A DNA stretch of 64,000 bases from Myxococcota bacterium (GTDB lineage Bacteria; Myxococcota_A; Polyangia; Polyangiales; Houyiibacteriaceae): contig JBCDFZ010000011.1 of the NCBI GenBank assembly GCA_039177115.1, positions 42,386-106,385 of the forward strand, in the 5' to 3' direction. The stretch's first letter is position 1. Every line of letters begins with the position of its first letter. Positions 54,112-62,870 of the stretch are shown here, piece by piece. The position numbers were made by a program, and so were the translations under genes. The notes under the pieces were generated by a model that did not search any database, was not told the origin of the DNA, and was given only the letters and a program-made list of their open reading frames with translations.

Positions 54112-55275
54112 TCACACCGCCAAGGAAGCCTGAGCGTCGCGCTCGTGAGCCGCCTGCTCCACGGCATCGGAGCGGAGCCGGTCGGCCCTGCGCTGTCTCT
54201 CGGGCGGGTCCCAAAGCGCCGGGCCGCCGCTTCGTTCGATCGCGAGAGCGAGCCTCGACACGATCTCGCGGGGCTCCCTGATCTCCACGCGAGGCAGGCG
54301 CACCTGTGGAAGCCTGGGATGCTGAAGAGCAATGGAGTCCGACAGCCGGTCTGCCGCCCGCCTTCGAGTGCGCTGCTCGTCACGAATCGTTGCAAGCGCG
54401 CTGCGAATCGCCTCCGTGCTTCTCTCGGTATTCTCAAGTCGTTCGATCCAGCCCGAATCCACGACGTAGGCAGAGTTGAGAATCACGGCGTTGGCGCGCA
54501 GCCGGAGGCCCCGCAGCTTCTTCACGAGGTAGTGAACGTCTTCTCGCGCCGCGGAGGTTGGGGCCGCCACCAAAAGATACTTGGTTTGGGGGCCGAAGAG
54601 CAGGCGGCCGGCCTGCTCGTTCAACTCGAGGAATCGGTCGCGTGCTTTAGCGAGCTCGGCAAAGAGGCCGGCCGCGTCGCGCACCGCGGGGCCTACCGCG
54701 TCGGTCAAAAGCCGCTCGACGCGACCCATTCGGTTGCGCGGAGCCGATTCTGCCCCTGACCCGATCCTTGCGAGCCAGCCTACAGCGCGGCTTCGAAGCA
54801 GCTTGGCGAGTCGTCGTGGGTAGTCGATGAAATCGATCGCATGGCGAGAAGGCGCCGTATCGATCACCACGGTGTCGATTTGAAGCTCGCCCACCGCCTG
54901 GAGCGCGACGTGCATCGTCACGAGTTCGTGTAGCCCCGGCACGGATTCATCGAGCGCGGCGTACACGCGGTTGCGCTTCAAGCGGTCGATTGCCGACAGG
55001 TCCTCGGCGAAGAGGATCGTCGCGAAAGCGGTCAGCGCGGTGTTGGGGTCGGGCATCAGCCCGAACAGCGCGCCGTCTCCAGAGTCGACGGTGAGTTCGG
55101 ACGGCTCACTGCCGAGTCGTACGCCGAGTGCGTCTCCGAGCCGTCTCGCCGGATCGAGGCTAATGACCAGAACCCTGGCGCCACTTCTCGCAACGGCCAA
55201 GGCCAGGGCAGCCGATGTGGTCGTCTTGCCTACGCCGCCGCCTCCGGCGCAGACGATGACCGTGGGGTCTTTCAA
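54112..55275 (-). CDS. ArsA/GET3-family ATPase
   Basis: VCAGGGGVGKTTTSAALA deviant Walker A and LVISLDPARRL. Confidence 0.8.
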   Translation of the reverse strand: MKDPTVIVCAGGGGVGKTTTSAALALAVARSGARVLVISLDPARRLGDALGVRLGSEPSELTVDSGDGALFGLMPDPNTALTAFATILFAEDLSAIDRLKRNRVYAALDESVPGLHELVTMHVALQAVGELQIDTVVIDTAPSRHAIDFIDYPRRLAKLLRSRAVGWLARIGSGAESAPRNRMGRVERLLTDAVGPAVRDAAGLFAELAKARDRFLELNEQAGRLLFGPQTKYLLVAAPTSAAREDVHYLVKKLRGLRLRANAVILNSAYVVDSGWIERLENTERSTEAIRSALATIRDEQRTRRRAADRLSDSIALQHPRLPQVRLPRVEIREPREIVSRLALAIERSGGPALWDPPERQRRADRLRSDAVEQAAHERDAQASLAV

Positions 55276-56198
55276 GCGGCCCTCCGATCCATCAGCTGGG
55301 TAGCGAGCGTCGGTACGTCGGGGTCGGACGCAGACAACGGAACAAACACGGGTGGCCTAGTTTCCGACCAGGATTCGGCGCCGCTTGCCGCCTCGCGGAC
55401 GATGGCGAGCGCGTCTTCTCGTGCCTCGAGGTCCGCGGCAAGCCGCTCCACGAGTTGAGCCGCCGCGGCGCCTTCGGGGCCGGGAAGCGCCGCCAAGCGT
55501 GCTGCGTCCGTCAGGGCCTGCTCGGATGGCGCGGGCGGGACCCGGTTGACGATGATCCGGTCAACCGGCAGGCCGACCTCGTCCTCCAGCGTGCGGTTCA
55601 GCAACAGTGTTTCGGAAAGTACGAGCCGCTCCGGCAGCGTGACGACCACCATGGAGGCCTTCGACGGCGACAGCAGTTGGTCCTCGAGCCTGGCGCAGAG
55701 TGAATGAAGGGGGCCGTGCGCGGCGAGTTTCCTGACTTGTCCGGGCGTCTTCAGCCACCCCACGCAGTGCCCCGACGCCGGCATGTCGAACACGACCGGT
55801 ACTCCTGGTCGGTTGACCACGACCTGGCGTGCGAGTTCGAGGACCCCAAGCTCGCGGAGAGCGGGAGCCGCCTTGATGAGCGGCTTCATCGCGAAATTGC
55901 CGAGCGCAAACCGCGCGATGCGCTTCGAACCGAAGAGCTCCTCGGCCGCTTTGAGGACGGCATCTCTCAAATCGAGCACCACGTGCTCCACATCCGACTC
56001 GCGCCTGATGCCCGCGCGGCGGCCGCTCTGGCCGTCGCTGAACTCGACGTAGACCGCCTGGCCGTGAACTCTAGCCGCGGCAGCTGCGAGAGCGGTTGCG
56101 AAAGTGGTCTTGCCAACGCCGCCCTTGCCAGTGACGAAAACGGTTCCCGGCGTGGGGCCGAGGACGGCGAAAGAGGGCCGTCGCACTCCTTCTCTCAT
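55272..56198 (-). CDS. ArsA-like P-loop ATPase (second, shorter)
   Basis: FVTGKGGVGKTTFATALA. 4-bp overlap with the downstream ArsA-like gene. Confidence 0.7.
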   Translation of the reverse strand: MREGVRRPSFAVLGPTPGTVFVTGKGGVGKTTFATALAAAAARVHGQAVYVEFSDGQSGRRAGIRRESDVEHVVLDLRDAVLKAAEELFGSKRIARFALGNFAMKPLIKAAPALRELGVLELARQVVVNRPGVPVVFDMPASGHCVGWLKTPGQVRKLAAHGPLHSLCARLEDQLLSPSKASMVVVTLPERLVLSETLLLNRTLEDEVGLPVDRIIVNRVPPAPSEQALTDAARLAALPGPEGAAAAQLVERLAADLEAREDALAIVREAASGAESWSETRPPVFVPLSASDPDVPTLATQLMDRRAA

Positions 56199-56330
56199 CG
56201 CAGCACCCGCGCGCTGTGGCGACCGAGCAGTCGCGCTGCCCCTTCCTTCCGCACCCGTAACCTAGACATAACCTGAACAGGGGTCATTTTCGCTCATCGT
56301 CAAGCCTCTTTTTCTGGACAAAATCTAGAC

Positions 56331-58580
56331 ATGCCGGCCAGAGGCCCTATGTCTCCGGCGATGAGACGGGTGAAAACCGCCCTCTGGGCGCTGCTGGCCA
56401 CGGCCGGCCTCGCGGCATTCGCGCTCTGGTTCGTGCTGGGACGGGGGGAGCCGCAGCAAGACGGCGAACCGACGCCGACGGCCCTCGACGACGCGCTACT
56501 CGAGCAGCGGGTCGCTGCCGAGCAGTCCGACCGGGGCCACATCCTGTTCGGGGACCTGCACGTTCACACCACGCTGTCGGTTGACGCGTTCCAGCAGAGC
56601 CTGCCGCTTCTCGGAGGGGAAGGTGTGCATCCTCCAGCGGACGCATGCGACTTCGCGAGGTTCTGCTCCCAGCTGGACTTCTACGCGCTCACCGACCACG
56701 CGGAGGCGCTGGTCCCGCGCACTTGGGACATGGTTCGAGAGTCGGTGCGCGAATGCAATCGGGTCGCCGACCCAGATCAACCCGATGTGGTCGCGTTTAC
56801 GGGATTTGAATGGTCGCAGGTTGGGCTCACGCCCGAAACCCACTACGGCCACAAGAACGTCATCTATCGAGGCGAAGACGACGCGCGGCTTCCGAGCCGT
56901 CCGATCTCTGCGCCCGGACTCGTCGATCGGAACTTTCGCAACTGGAAGACGCTGCTCATCAACATCCAGCTTCCGTTCTACGCCTTCCCGGACTTCGAGC
57001 CGTACAGCGACGTAATCGCGCATGTGCGCGAGGTGATGGGATTGCCCGCGTGCGACTCCGACGCTTCGTCGCCCGAGCTTCCGGTCGATTGCCGAGAGGT
57101 CGCGCCGACGCCGTCCGACCTGTTTCGAAAGCTGGACGAATGGGGCTTCCCGGCACTCGTGATTCCCCACGGAACGACCTGGGGCTTTTACACGCCGCGA
57201 GAGTACGTGTGGGACAAACAGCTGGCGCCTGAACAAGACGATCCGCGCCGACAGCGTCTCATCGAGGTGTTTTCGGGGCACGGGAACGCGGAGGAGTACC
57301 GAACCTACCGCCCTCTCGAGAGGGACGGCCAAACACTTCGCTGTCCTGCCCCCGACGAGGACTTCGAGGCCTGCTGCTGGCGTGCCGGCGAGATCGTTCG
57401 CTCGCGCTGCGAAGACCCGAACACCGCGGAGTGCGAGGTAGCCGTCGCGGATGCTCGGCTCAACTACCTGCAGGCGGGCACGGCGGGCCATGCGACGCTC
57501 CCCGGCACGACGCTTGCGGAATGGGGCAGCTGCGGGCAGTGCGAGGACTGCTTCAGCCCCGCCTTTCTCCACAGGCCTGGCGGCTCCGCGCAGTACATCT
57601 TGGCCAAAGGGCACTTCGATGAGGACGGGGAACCCCGCCACGCAACCCTTGGCTTCATGGCGTCGAGCGACAACCACGCGGCTCGACCGGGCACGGGGTA
57701 CAAGGAGTTCGCGCGCCATCGCATGACGGAGGCTCGCGGGACGATCAACGAGACGTGGCAGCGTCGAACGTTCGGCTTGCCCGATAAGACCCAAGAGTCC
57801 GTCCGACTCACGCCGGAAGACGTGGCCGCCATGCCTCCCTTCAAGACCATCTGGGTCGAGCGGCAGGCTTCGTTCTTCATGACCGGAGGGCTCGTGGCCG
57901 TGCATACTCCGACGCGAACGCGCGAGGGAATCTGGGATTCGCTGATGAGCCGTGAGGTGTACGGAACGTCCGGCGATCGAATCCTACTTTGGTTCGACCT
58001 GGTCGACGGCGGCCGACGCATGCCCATGGGGAGCGAAGTCTCCGTCGAGGGCAACCCGACGTTTTCCGTGCGAGCGGCAGGGGCGTTCGTGCAGAAGCCA
58101 GGGTGCCCCGACAGCGTCGTCGAGGCGCTCGGCGCGGACCGCATCGAGCACGTGTGCGCGGGTGAGTGCTACCACCCGTCTGACCTGCGCCGTCGGATTA
58201 CCAGAGTGGAGGTAGTTCGGATTCGCCGCCAACTCGAAGCCGAAGAGGCCGTCGACACGCTGATCGACGACCCCTGGCTGACGCTTCCCTGTCCCGCCGA
58301 GAGCGAGATTTGCGAAGTGAACTTCGAGGATCCGGAGTTCGCTCGAAGCGAACGCGAGGTGCTCTACTACGTGCGTGCGATTCAGGAGCCCACGGCAGCA
58401 GTCAACGCAGGTGGGCTTCGATGCGACTCGGAGGGACGCTGCGAACCCTGCTACGGCGGCTACCGCACCGAGTGGTCGGACGACTGCCTGAGCCTGACGG
58501 AAGAGCGCGCGTGGTCGTCGCCAATCTACGTCAGCAGCGTTGTCGCGGGCAGCGAAGGGAGCCCGAGCGATGCGCTCTGA
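56331..58580 (+). CDS. DUF3604-like (PHP-type metal-dependent) protein with N-terminal TM
   Basis: GDLHVHTTLSVDAF, FYALTDHAE, FEWS and PHGTTWG. The family name is recalled, not searched. Confidence 0.65.
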   Translation: MPARGPMSPAMRRVKTALWALLATAGLAAFALWFVLGRGEPQQDGEPTPTALDDALLEQRVAAEQSDRGHILFGDLHVHTTLSVDAFQQSLPLLGGEGVHPPADACDFARFCSQLDFYALTDHAEALVPRTWDMVRESVRECNRVADPDQPDVVAFTGFEWSQVGLTPETHYGHKNVIYRGEDDARLPSRPISAPGLVDRNFRNWKTLLINIQLPFYAFPDFEPYSDVIAHVREVMGLPACDSDASSPELPVDCREVAPTPSDLFRKLDEWGFPALVIPHGTTWGFYTPREYVWDKQLAPEQDDPRRQRLIEVFSGHGNAEEYRTYRPLERDGQTLRCPAPDEDFEACCWRAGEIVRSRCEDPNTAECEVAVADARLNYLQAGTAGHATLPGTTLAEWGSCGQCEDCFSPAFLHRPGGSAQYILAKGHFDEDGEPRHATLGFMASSDNHAARPGTGYKEFARHRMTEARGTINETWQRRTFGLPDKTQESVRLTPEDVAAMPPFKTIWVERQASFFMTGGLVAVHTPTRTREGIWDSLMSREVYGTSGDRILLWFDLVDGGRRMPMGSEVSVEGNPTFSVRAAGAFVQKPGCPDSVVEALGADRIEHVCAGECYHPSDLRRRITRVEVVRIRRQLEAEEAVDTLIDDPWLTLPCPAESEICEVNFEDPEFARSEREVLYYVRAIQEPTAAVNAGGLRCDSEGRCEPCYGGYRTEWSDDCLSLTEERAWSSPIYVSSVVAGSEGSPSDAL

Positions 58581-59958
58581 TGCGCGGAAGCGTGTTCTCG
58601 TGGTCGGCGGCGGGGCCGCGGGCACGGCCGCAGCATGGAGCCTCGCACGTCAGCCGGGCTTCCACGTGGAGCTCTGGGAAAGCGCGCCGCAGGCGGGTGG
58701 CGTCGCGACCAGTGAAACCGTTTCCATCGAGGGGCAGGGCGACATCTGGATCAACGACGGCGTGCAGGGGGGAAGTCCCACGTACCGAAACACGCTCTGG
58801 CTTCACGAGCAGGTTGGCATCGCGCCCCGCCCGGTCGATTTTCGTGTCTCTTTCGGGCAGGGCGCTACCGCGTGGAACAACAGCGCCGTCACCCCGCTCG
58901 TCGAGCGCCTGCACGCGGACATCCGCCGGTTCGGTGCGTTACTTCGCTGGATCGATCGCCTCGAACCGCTCTCGGCGCTTCTTCCGATTGGACTGGTGCT
59001 CAAGGCGGGTCGCTTCTCTCCAGACTTCCGCGACCACATGCTCTATCCGCTTGCGGCGCTCTTCTTCGGAACCGGAAACCAGACGAGCCGTGTGTCCGCA
59101 GCGCTGATCGCGCGCGTCTTTCACGACGAGAAGCTCCGGCTGTTCGACTTCGATCCGGAGCGACTGCTCGCGCAGCGGCCACCGATGTTCGCGTTTGATC
59201 AGCTGCGAGAGATCTACCGTCGGCTCGGCGAGTCCATCGAGGGGACAGGAAACGGCCGAGTCCACCTAGGCCGCGAGCTGGCCTCTGTTGAACGGCCTGA
59301 AGGCGGCGGTGTGAGGGTGCGGGACGCGCAAGGGCGAGAGGAGCGGTTCGACGCGCTCATCTTCGCGTGCCCTGCGAACGTTGCGCTGAGCGTGCTGCGG
59401 GATCCGAGCACACTCGAACGGTCTGTGCTCGGTGCAGTCCAGTACTTCTACGACATCACGGTCACGCACACCGACCGCACGTATATGAATCGGTACTACG
59501 AGCTCGACGACGCGCGTGGCGACCAGTACTTCATCCGCACCTATCCGGACGCGTCCGATCGAATCGAGATGTCTTTCGATCTTTCGCACTATCAGCCTCA
59601 GCTCGAGTCGCCCGTCTATCAGACGATATTCCTGGATCGGCACACCGACCGCGATCGATGGACGATCGACGAGATCGATCGGTCGAAGGTCCTCTTCGAG
59701 AAACCGTGGACGCAGTTCTCTCACACCTGGCAGCACTACGTGCGCGTGGTTCCGTGGCTACGCTTTCTGCAGGGCCGTTCAAATACCTACTATGCGGGCT
59801 CGTGGACGCTCGCCAACACGCATGAGGTGGCCACGATCTCGGGCTTCGCAGCGGCCCATCGACTGGGCGCTGAATACCCGCTCCAAGACGACGAGCTCGC
59901 GCAGGACCAGTTCGCGACCTATCTCAAGGTCGTGCACGGCGTGGACGCGAAGGTGTGA
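58570..59958 (+). CDS. FAD-dependent oxidoreductase (amine-oxidase-like)
   Basis: RVLVVGGGAAGTAAAWSLA ... ELWESAPQAGG. The start overlaps the DUF3604 stop by 11 nt. Confidence 0.75.
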   Translation: MRSDARKRVLVVGGGAAGTAAAWSLARQPGFHVELWESAPQAGGVATSETVSIEGQGDIWINDGVQGGSPTYRNTLWLHEQVGIAPRPVDFRVSFGQGATAWNNSAVTPLVERLHADIRRFGALLRWIDRLEPLSALLPIGLVLKAGRFSPDFRDHMLYPLAALFFGTGNQTSRVSAALIARVFHDEKLRLFDFDPERLLAQRPPMFAFDQLREIYRRLGESIEGTGNGRVHLGRELASVERPEGGGVRVRDAQGREERFDALIFACPANVALSVLRDPSTLERSVLGAVQYFYDITVTHTDRTYMNRYYELDDARGDQYFIRTYPDASDRIEMSFDLSHYQPQLESPVYQTIFLDRHTDRDRWTIDEIDRSKVLFEKPWTQFSHTWQHYVRVVPWLRFLQGRSNTYYAGSWTLANTHEVATISGFAAAHRLGAEYPLQDDELAQDQFATYLKVVHGVDAKV

Positions 59959-59980
59959 GCCGAGCCGTCCGTGGCCTGCG

Positions 59981-60802
59981 CTAGACACCCTGGCAGGCGG
60001 GGCACACGTAGAGTCGACGCGAGGCCACGGTCGTTTTCTCGATCGGTGAGCTGCATCGGTAGCAGGGGAGTCCGGCTCGGCCGAAGACCGCGTGTCGATA
60101 GCGGTGACGCTTGAGACCCTGCTTCTTGAGGCGGTTCACGAGACGCGGCGCGTTTGTGATGCCCCCGGTTTCGTAGGCGCGGTTTCCGATCACGAGCGTT
60201 TGCTCCGCGAGACGTCGCTGTTGGGCGGCGGTGAGCTGCGACGGTTTTTGGGAGGGGTGCACCCGGGCGGCGTAGAGAATCTCCGAGCGAAGGTAGTTTC
60301 CGATGCCGGCCACGAACGCCTGGTCGAGGTAAAGAGAGCCGGTGGAGCGGTTTCGAAAACGCGGGCTCCGGAGCTGCTCGAGGATGTCCGACCGCGATAC
60401 GTCCTCGTCCAAGATGTCCGGGCCGAGCTTGCTCAGAAACGGGTGCGCGGCGACTCCGGACCCGTCGAGCACTTCGATGTCGGACGCGCTGTAGAGTAGG
60501 GCGCTGCTTTCGGCGGTGTGGAGCGCAACGCGGAGCGAGCGGTTGGTTTTCGGATAGCTGTCGCGCGCCCGAACGTACCAGCGACCGTAGAGCTGGTTGT
60601 GCGAGTAGAGCGACAGCGCGTTCTCGAAGTGAATTAGCATCGCCTTGCCGCGCGTATCGATCTTCGTCACGCGCTGCCCGCTGAGTTCGCGCTCGAAGGG
60701 GCGAAGGCGAGGTAAGCCGAACGAAGCTTCCTCGATCACCCGATCCAGGAGCTTTCGCGCGATCTTGTCTGCTGCGCGCCTTATTTCCGGTCCTTCGGGC
60801 AA
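59981..60802 (-). CDS. nei: endonuclease VIII / Fpg-Nei family DNA glycosylase
   Basis: N-terminal MPEGPEIRR, H2TH GIGNYLRSEILY and a C-terminal zinc finger CYRC...CPAC. Confidence 0.85.
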   Translation of the reverse strand: MPEGPEIRRAADKIARKLLDRVIEEASFGLPRLRPFERELSGQRVTKIDTRGKAMLIHFENALSLYSHNQLYGRWYVRARDSYPKTNRSLRVALHTAESSALLYSASDIEVLDGSGVAAHPFLSKLGPDILDEDVSRSDILEQLRSPRFRNRSTGSLYLDQAFVAGIGNYLRSEILYAARVHPSQKPSQLTAAQQRRLAEQTLVIGNRAYETGGITNAPRLVNRLKKQGLKRHRYRHAVFGRAGLPCYRCSSPIEKTTVASRRLYVCPACQGV

Positions 60803-60853
60803 GCGATCTTGGTTCCTTCGGGACCCGTAGCGTGTCGCGAAGACTCGCGCCGC

Positions 60854-61609
60854 TCAAGGTCGCCGCACCCAGATCCAACCTTCGCGTTCAGCCAACTCGC
60901 GATCGTCTGGTTCGATCGTCTCACCTTCGAGAAAGTCGAAGGCCGCCACGGCGCAGAGTACCGCGTCGAGGACATGGTCGCTTTCTTCCATGCGCTCAAA
61001 CGTCGACGCCTCTGCGTGGACCTGCCCGCCGAGGCCGTCAATGATCGCGCGTCGGGCGGACGCGGCCTTCACAGTGGCCCCTTTGTAGCCGGACGATGGA
61101 AGGCCGCGCGCAGCCAGGGTGCCCGCGGGGTACACCTCGATTGCCGACACTCCCTCGGCGGTCCCTGCTTGCCACGCGAGCGGCACGGCAAGCCCCCTGG
61201 CTCCGCGGAGCCTCGTGAGGAAAGCGAGCGCCGCGTGCGCCGTGCGAGCGATGCGGTCCGCACCCACGTCGAGTGGCCGCTTCCCTAGGGCTTCCGCAAC
61301 GACATCGTCAGTCCTGCGCCGAAAAACGGCATTGGGCGTTCCCGGGAGGCCCTGTCCAGCGCGATGGTGGGCGAGCGCCGACGTCATGGTGGCCGGCCAT
61401 CCGAGCGGGGCGTCTAGAGCCACCAGCGCGCTGTCCTCGACGAACCGAGCGACTTCCTCGTCGATCTGTGCCCAGCTTTCGCCGAGGGCCACCGACTCGA
61501 CCACGACTTTCTTTGCGCTCGCCTGGCAGAGCGCGACTCCGACGTTTCGGGGCTGAGTCGCGACGTCCAGGCCGACGACGCGCGTGGGGCCTTCGGGTCC
61601 GCGAGACAC
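60854..61609 (-). CDS. DUF429-like (RNase-H-fold) protein, tentative
   Basis: VVGLDVATQPRNVGVAL N-terminus and C-terminal DHVLDAVLCAVAA. Family recalled by eye. Confidence 0.5.
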   Translation of the reverse strand: MSRGPEGPTRVVGLDVATQPRNVGVALCQASAKKVVVESVALGESWAQIDEEVARFVEDSALVALDAPLGWPATMTSALAHHRAGQGLPGTPNAVFRRRTDDVVAEALGKRPLDVGADRIARTAHAALAFLTRLRGARGLAVPLAWQAGTAEGVSAIEVYPAGTLAARGLPSSGYKGATVKAASARRAIIDGLGGQVHAEASTFERMEESDHVLDAVLCAVAAFDFLEGETIEPDDRELAEREGWIWVRRP

Positions 61610-61640
61610 CTCCGAAGGCTATCGCAGGACGGCCGAGCCG

Positions 61641-62777
61641 TCAGGTCGCCGCGCCGTTGTCTGACGCACCCACGGTCGGGCGCGAAGCCTCGGCGGCTCG
61701 GCCGTAGTGGCGCCGCATGATCGTCGGATAGCTCCGTTCGAAATAGTTCCAAAGCTGCTCGCCGTAAACGGAGGGCTTGTAGGCGGACGCCATGTCGCCA
61801 ATCCCGGCTTCCGTTTCGAATTTTCGCGCCATGAAACCCGCGCCGGAGTGCCTGGGGCTTGCAGCGACGGCCGTAAAGTACGAGCGATCGAGTGGTAGGA
61901 GCTCGTTGCGCATGTCCAGCGACGGGCCGTGAAAGTACGCCATCGAGTATCGCTCCTCGGTGGTGATCACCCGGTGTGCGGTTGCGACGAAGTACTTCCC
62001 CGTCATGCCCTGGAGCATCTCGCCGAGATTGATGATGAGGGACCCGTCGACGTGCTGTGCGGGAAACCAATGTCCCGCGGCGTTCTGGATCTCGAGTCCG
62101 GGGGTGGGTCCCGGGGCGAGCACAGTGAGGAACCCGGTGTCGTGATGGGCGTTGACCCCGGCTGCCCCGGGTGGGGTTGCCGGGTAGCGAATCAGCTTGG
62201 TCAGCGACATCGTTTCGTGTCCGAACAGGTCGTTGATGTAGCCGTCCGAGAGGCCGAGTCCTCGCGACATGACGCTGAGCAGGGTCGACGCGAGCGCACC
62301 TGCGCGGTCGAACCACTCCCGGCTGAGGCTCTCGAAGCCCGGGGCGATGTCGTCCGTCAGCCATTGGTTGGGTCCCAAGAGTCGCAGATACGGCGGTTCG
62401 ACATCTGCCGCCCGCGCGGGGTGTTCCGACCACAGGTCGACCTGCTCGCGCATGTCGGGGCGGTTGTTCGTGCGCTCGGCGCCGACCGCCTCCCATCCCC
62501 GAAAGTGACGCGACCGGTGTTTGTCTATCAGGCGCTTCTGCGGCTCGGGGAGGGCGAACAGCCGCGCCATCATGTCGAACATCGAAACGAGAAAGCGTGA
62601 GGGAATCCCGTGGTTCACCACCGCGAGAAAACCCACGTGATGACAAATGTCGCGCACTTCCCGGGCGAGCGCGTCTCGGTCCGCCGGAGAGCGTGACCAG
62701 CGATCGAGGTCGACGACCGGGATCTCGGACACGACATCCAACCGATGTTGAGCTTCTGCGCGCATCGCCAGGGCCAA
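61641..62777 (-). CDS. 2-oxoglutarate/Fe(II)-dependent oxygenase (IPNS-like)
   Basis: IPVVDL...GFLAVVNHGIP N-domain. HHDTGFLTVL (HxD) and ATAHRV (distal His/Arg). Confidence 0.8.
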   Translation of the reverse strand: MALAMRAEAQHRLDVVSEIPVVDLDRWSRSPADRDALAREVRDICHHVGFLAVVNHGIPSRFLVSMFDMMARLFALPEPQKRLIDKHRSRHFRGWEAVGAERTNNRPDMREQVDLWSEHPARAADVEPPYLRLLGPNQWLTDDIAPGFESLSREWFDRAGALASTLLSVMSRGLGLSDGYINDLFGHETMSLTKLIRYPATPPGAAGVNAHHDTGFLTVLAPGPTPGLEIQNAAGHWFPAQHVDGSLIINLGEMLQGMTGKYFVATAHRVITTEERYSMAYFHGPSLDMRNELLPLDRSYFTAVAASPRHSGAGFMARKFETEAGIGDMASAYKPSVYGEQLWNYFERSYPTIMRRHYGRAAEASRPTVGASDNGAAT

Positions 62778-62870
62778 GCCTACTCCTGTTCTCGAAGGTC
62801 TACCCGCGGAACCTGCTGGCGAGAGAACCTATTCCGAACCGCTGCGTAACGCTGCCGGCCGAGCCTCCGC

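Noticed and set aside
56263-56332. 8-bp direct repeat CTAGACAT (56263 and 56325) upstream of the DUF3604-like gene as a regulatory element
   Set aside because: There are only two short copies and one overlaps the start codon. It is too short to exclude chance.
59919-60878. 319-aa alternative-frame ORF over nei, and the similar 61414..62646 ORF over the 2OG oxygenase gene
   Set aside because: Both are Arg/Pro-rich shadow frames. The chosen frames have canonical Fpg/Nei and 2OG-oxygenase motifs.
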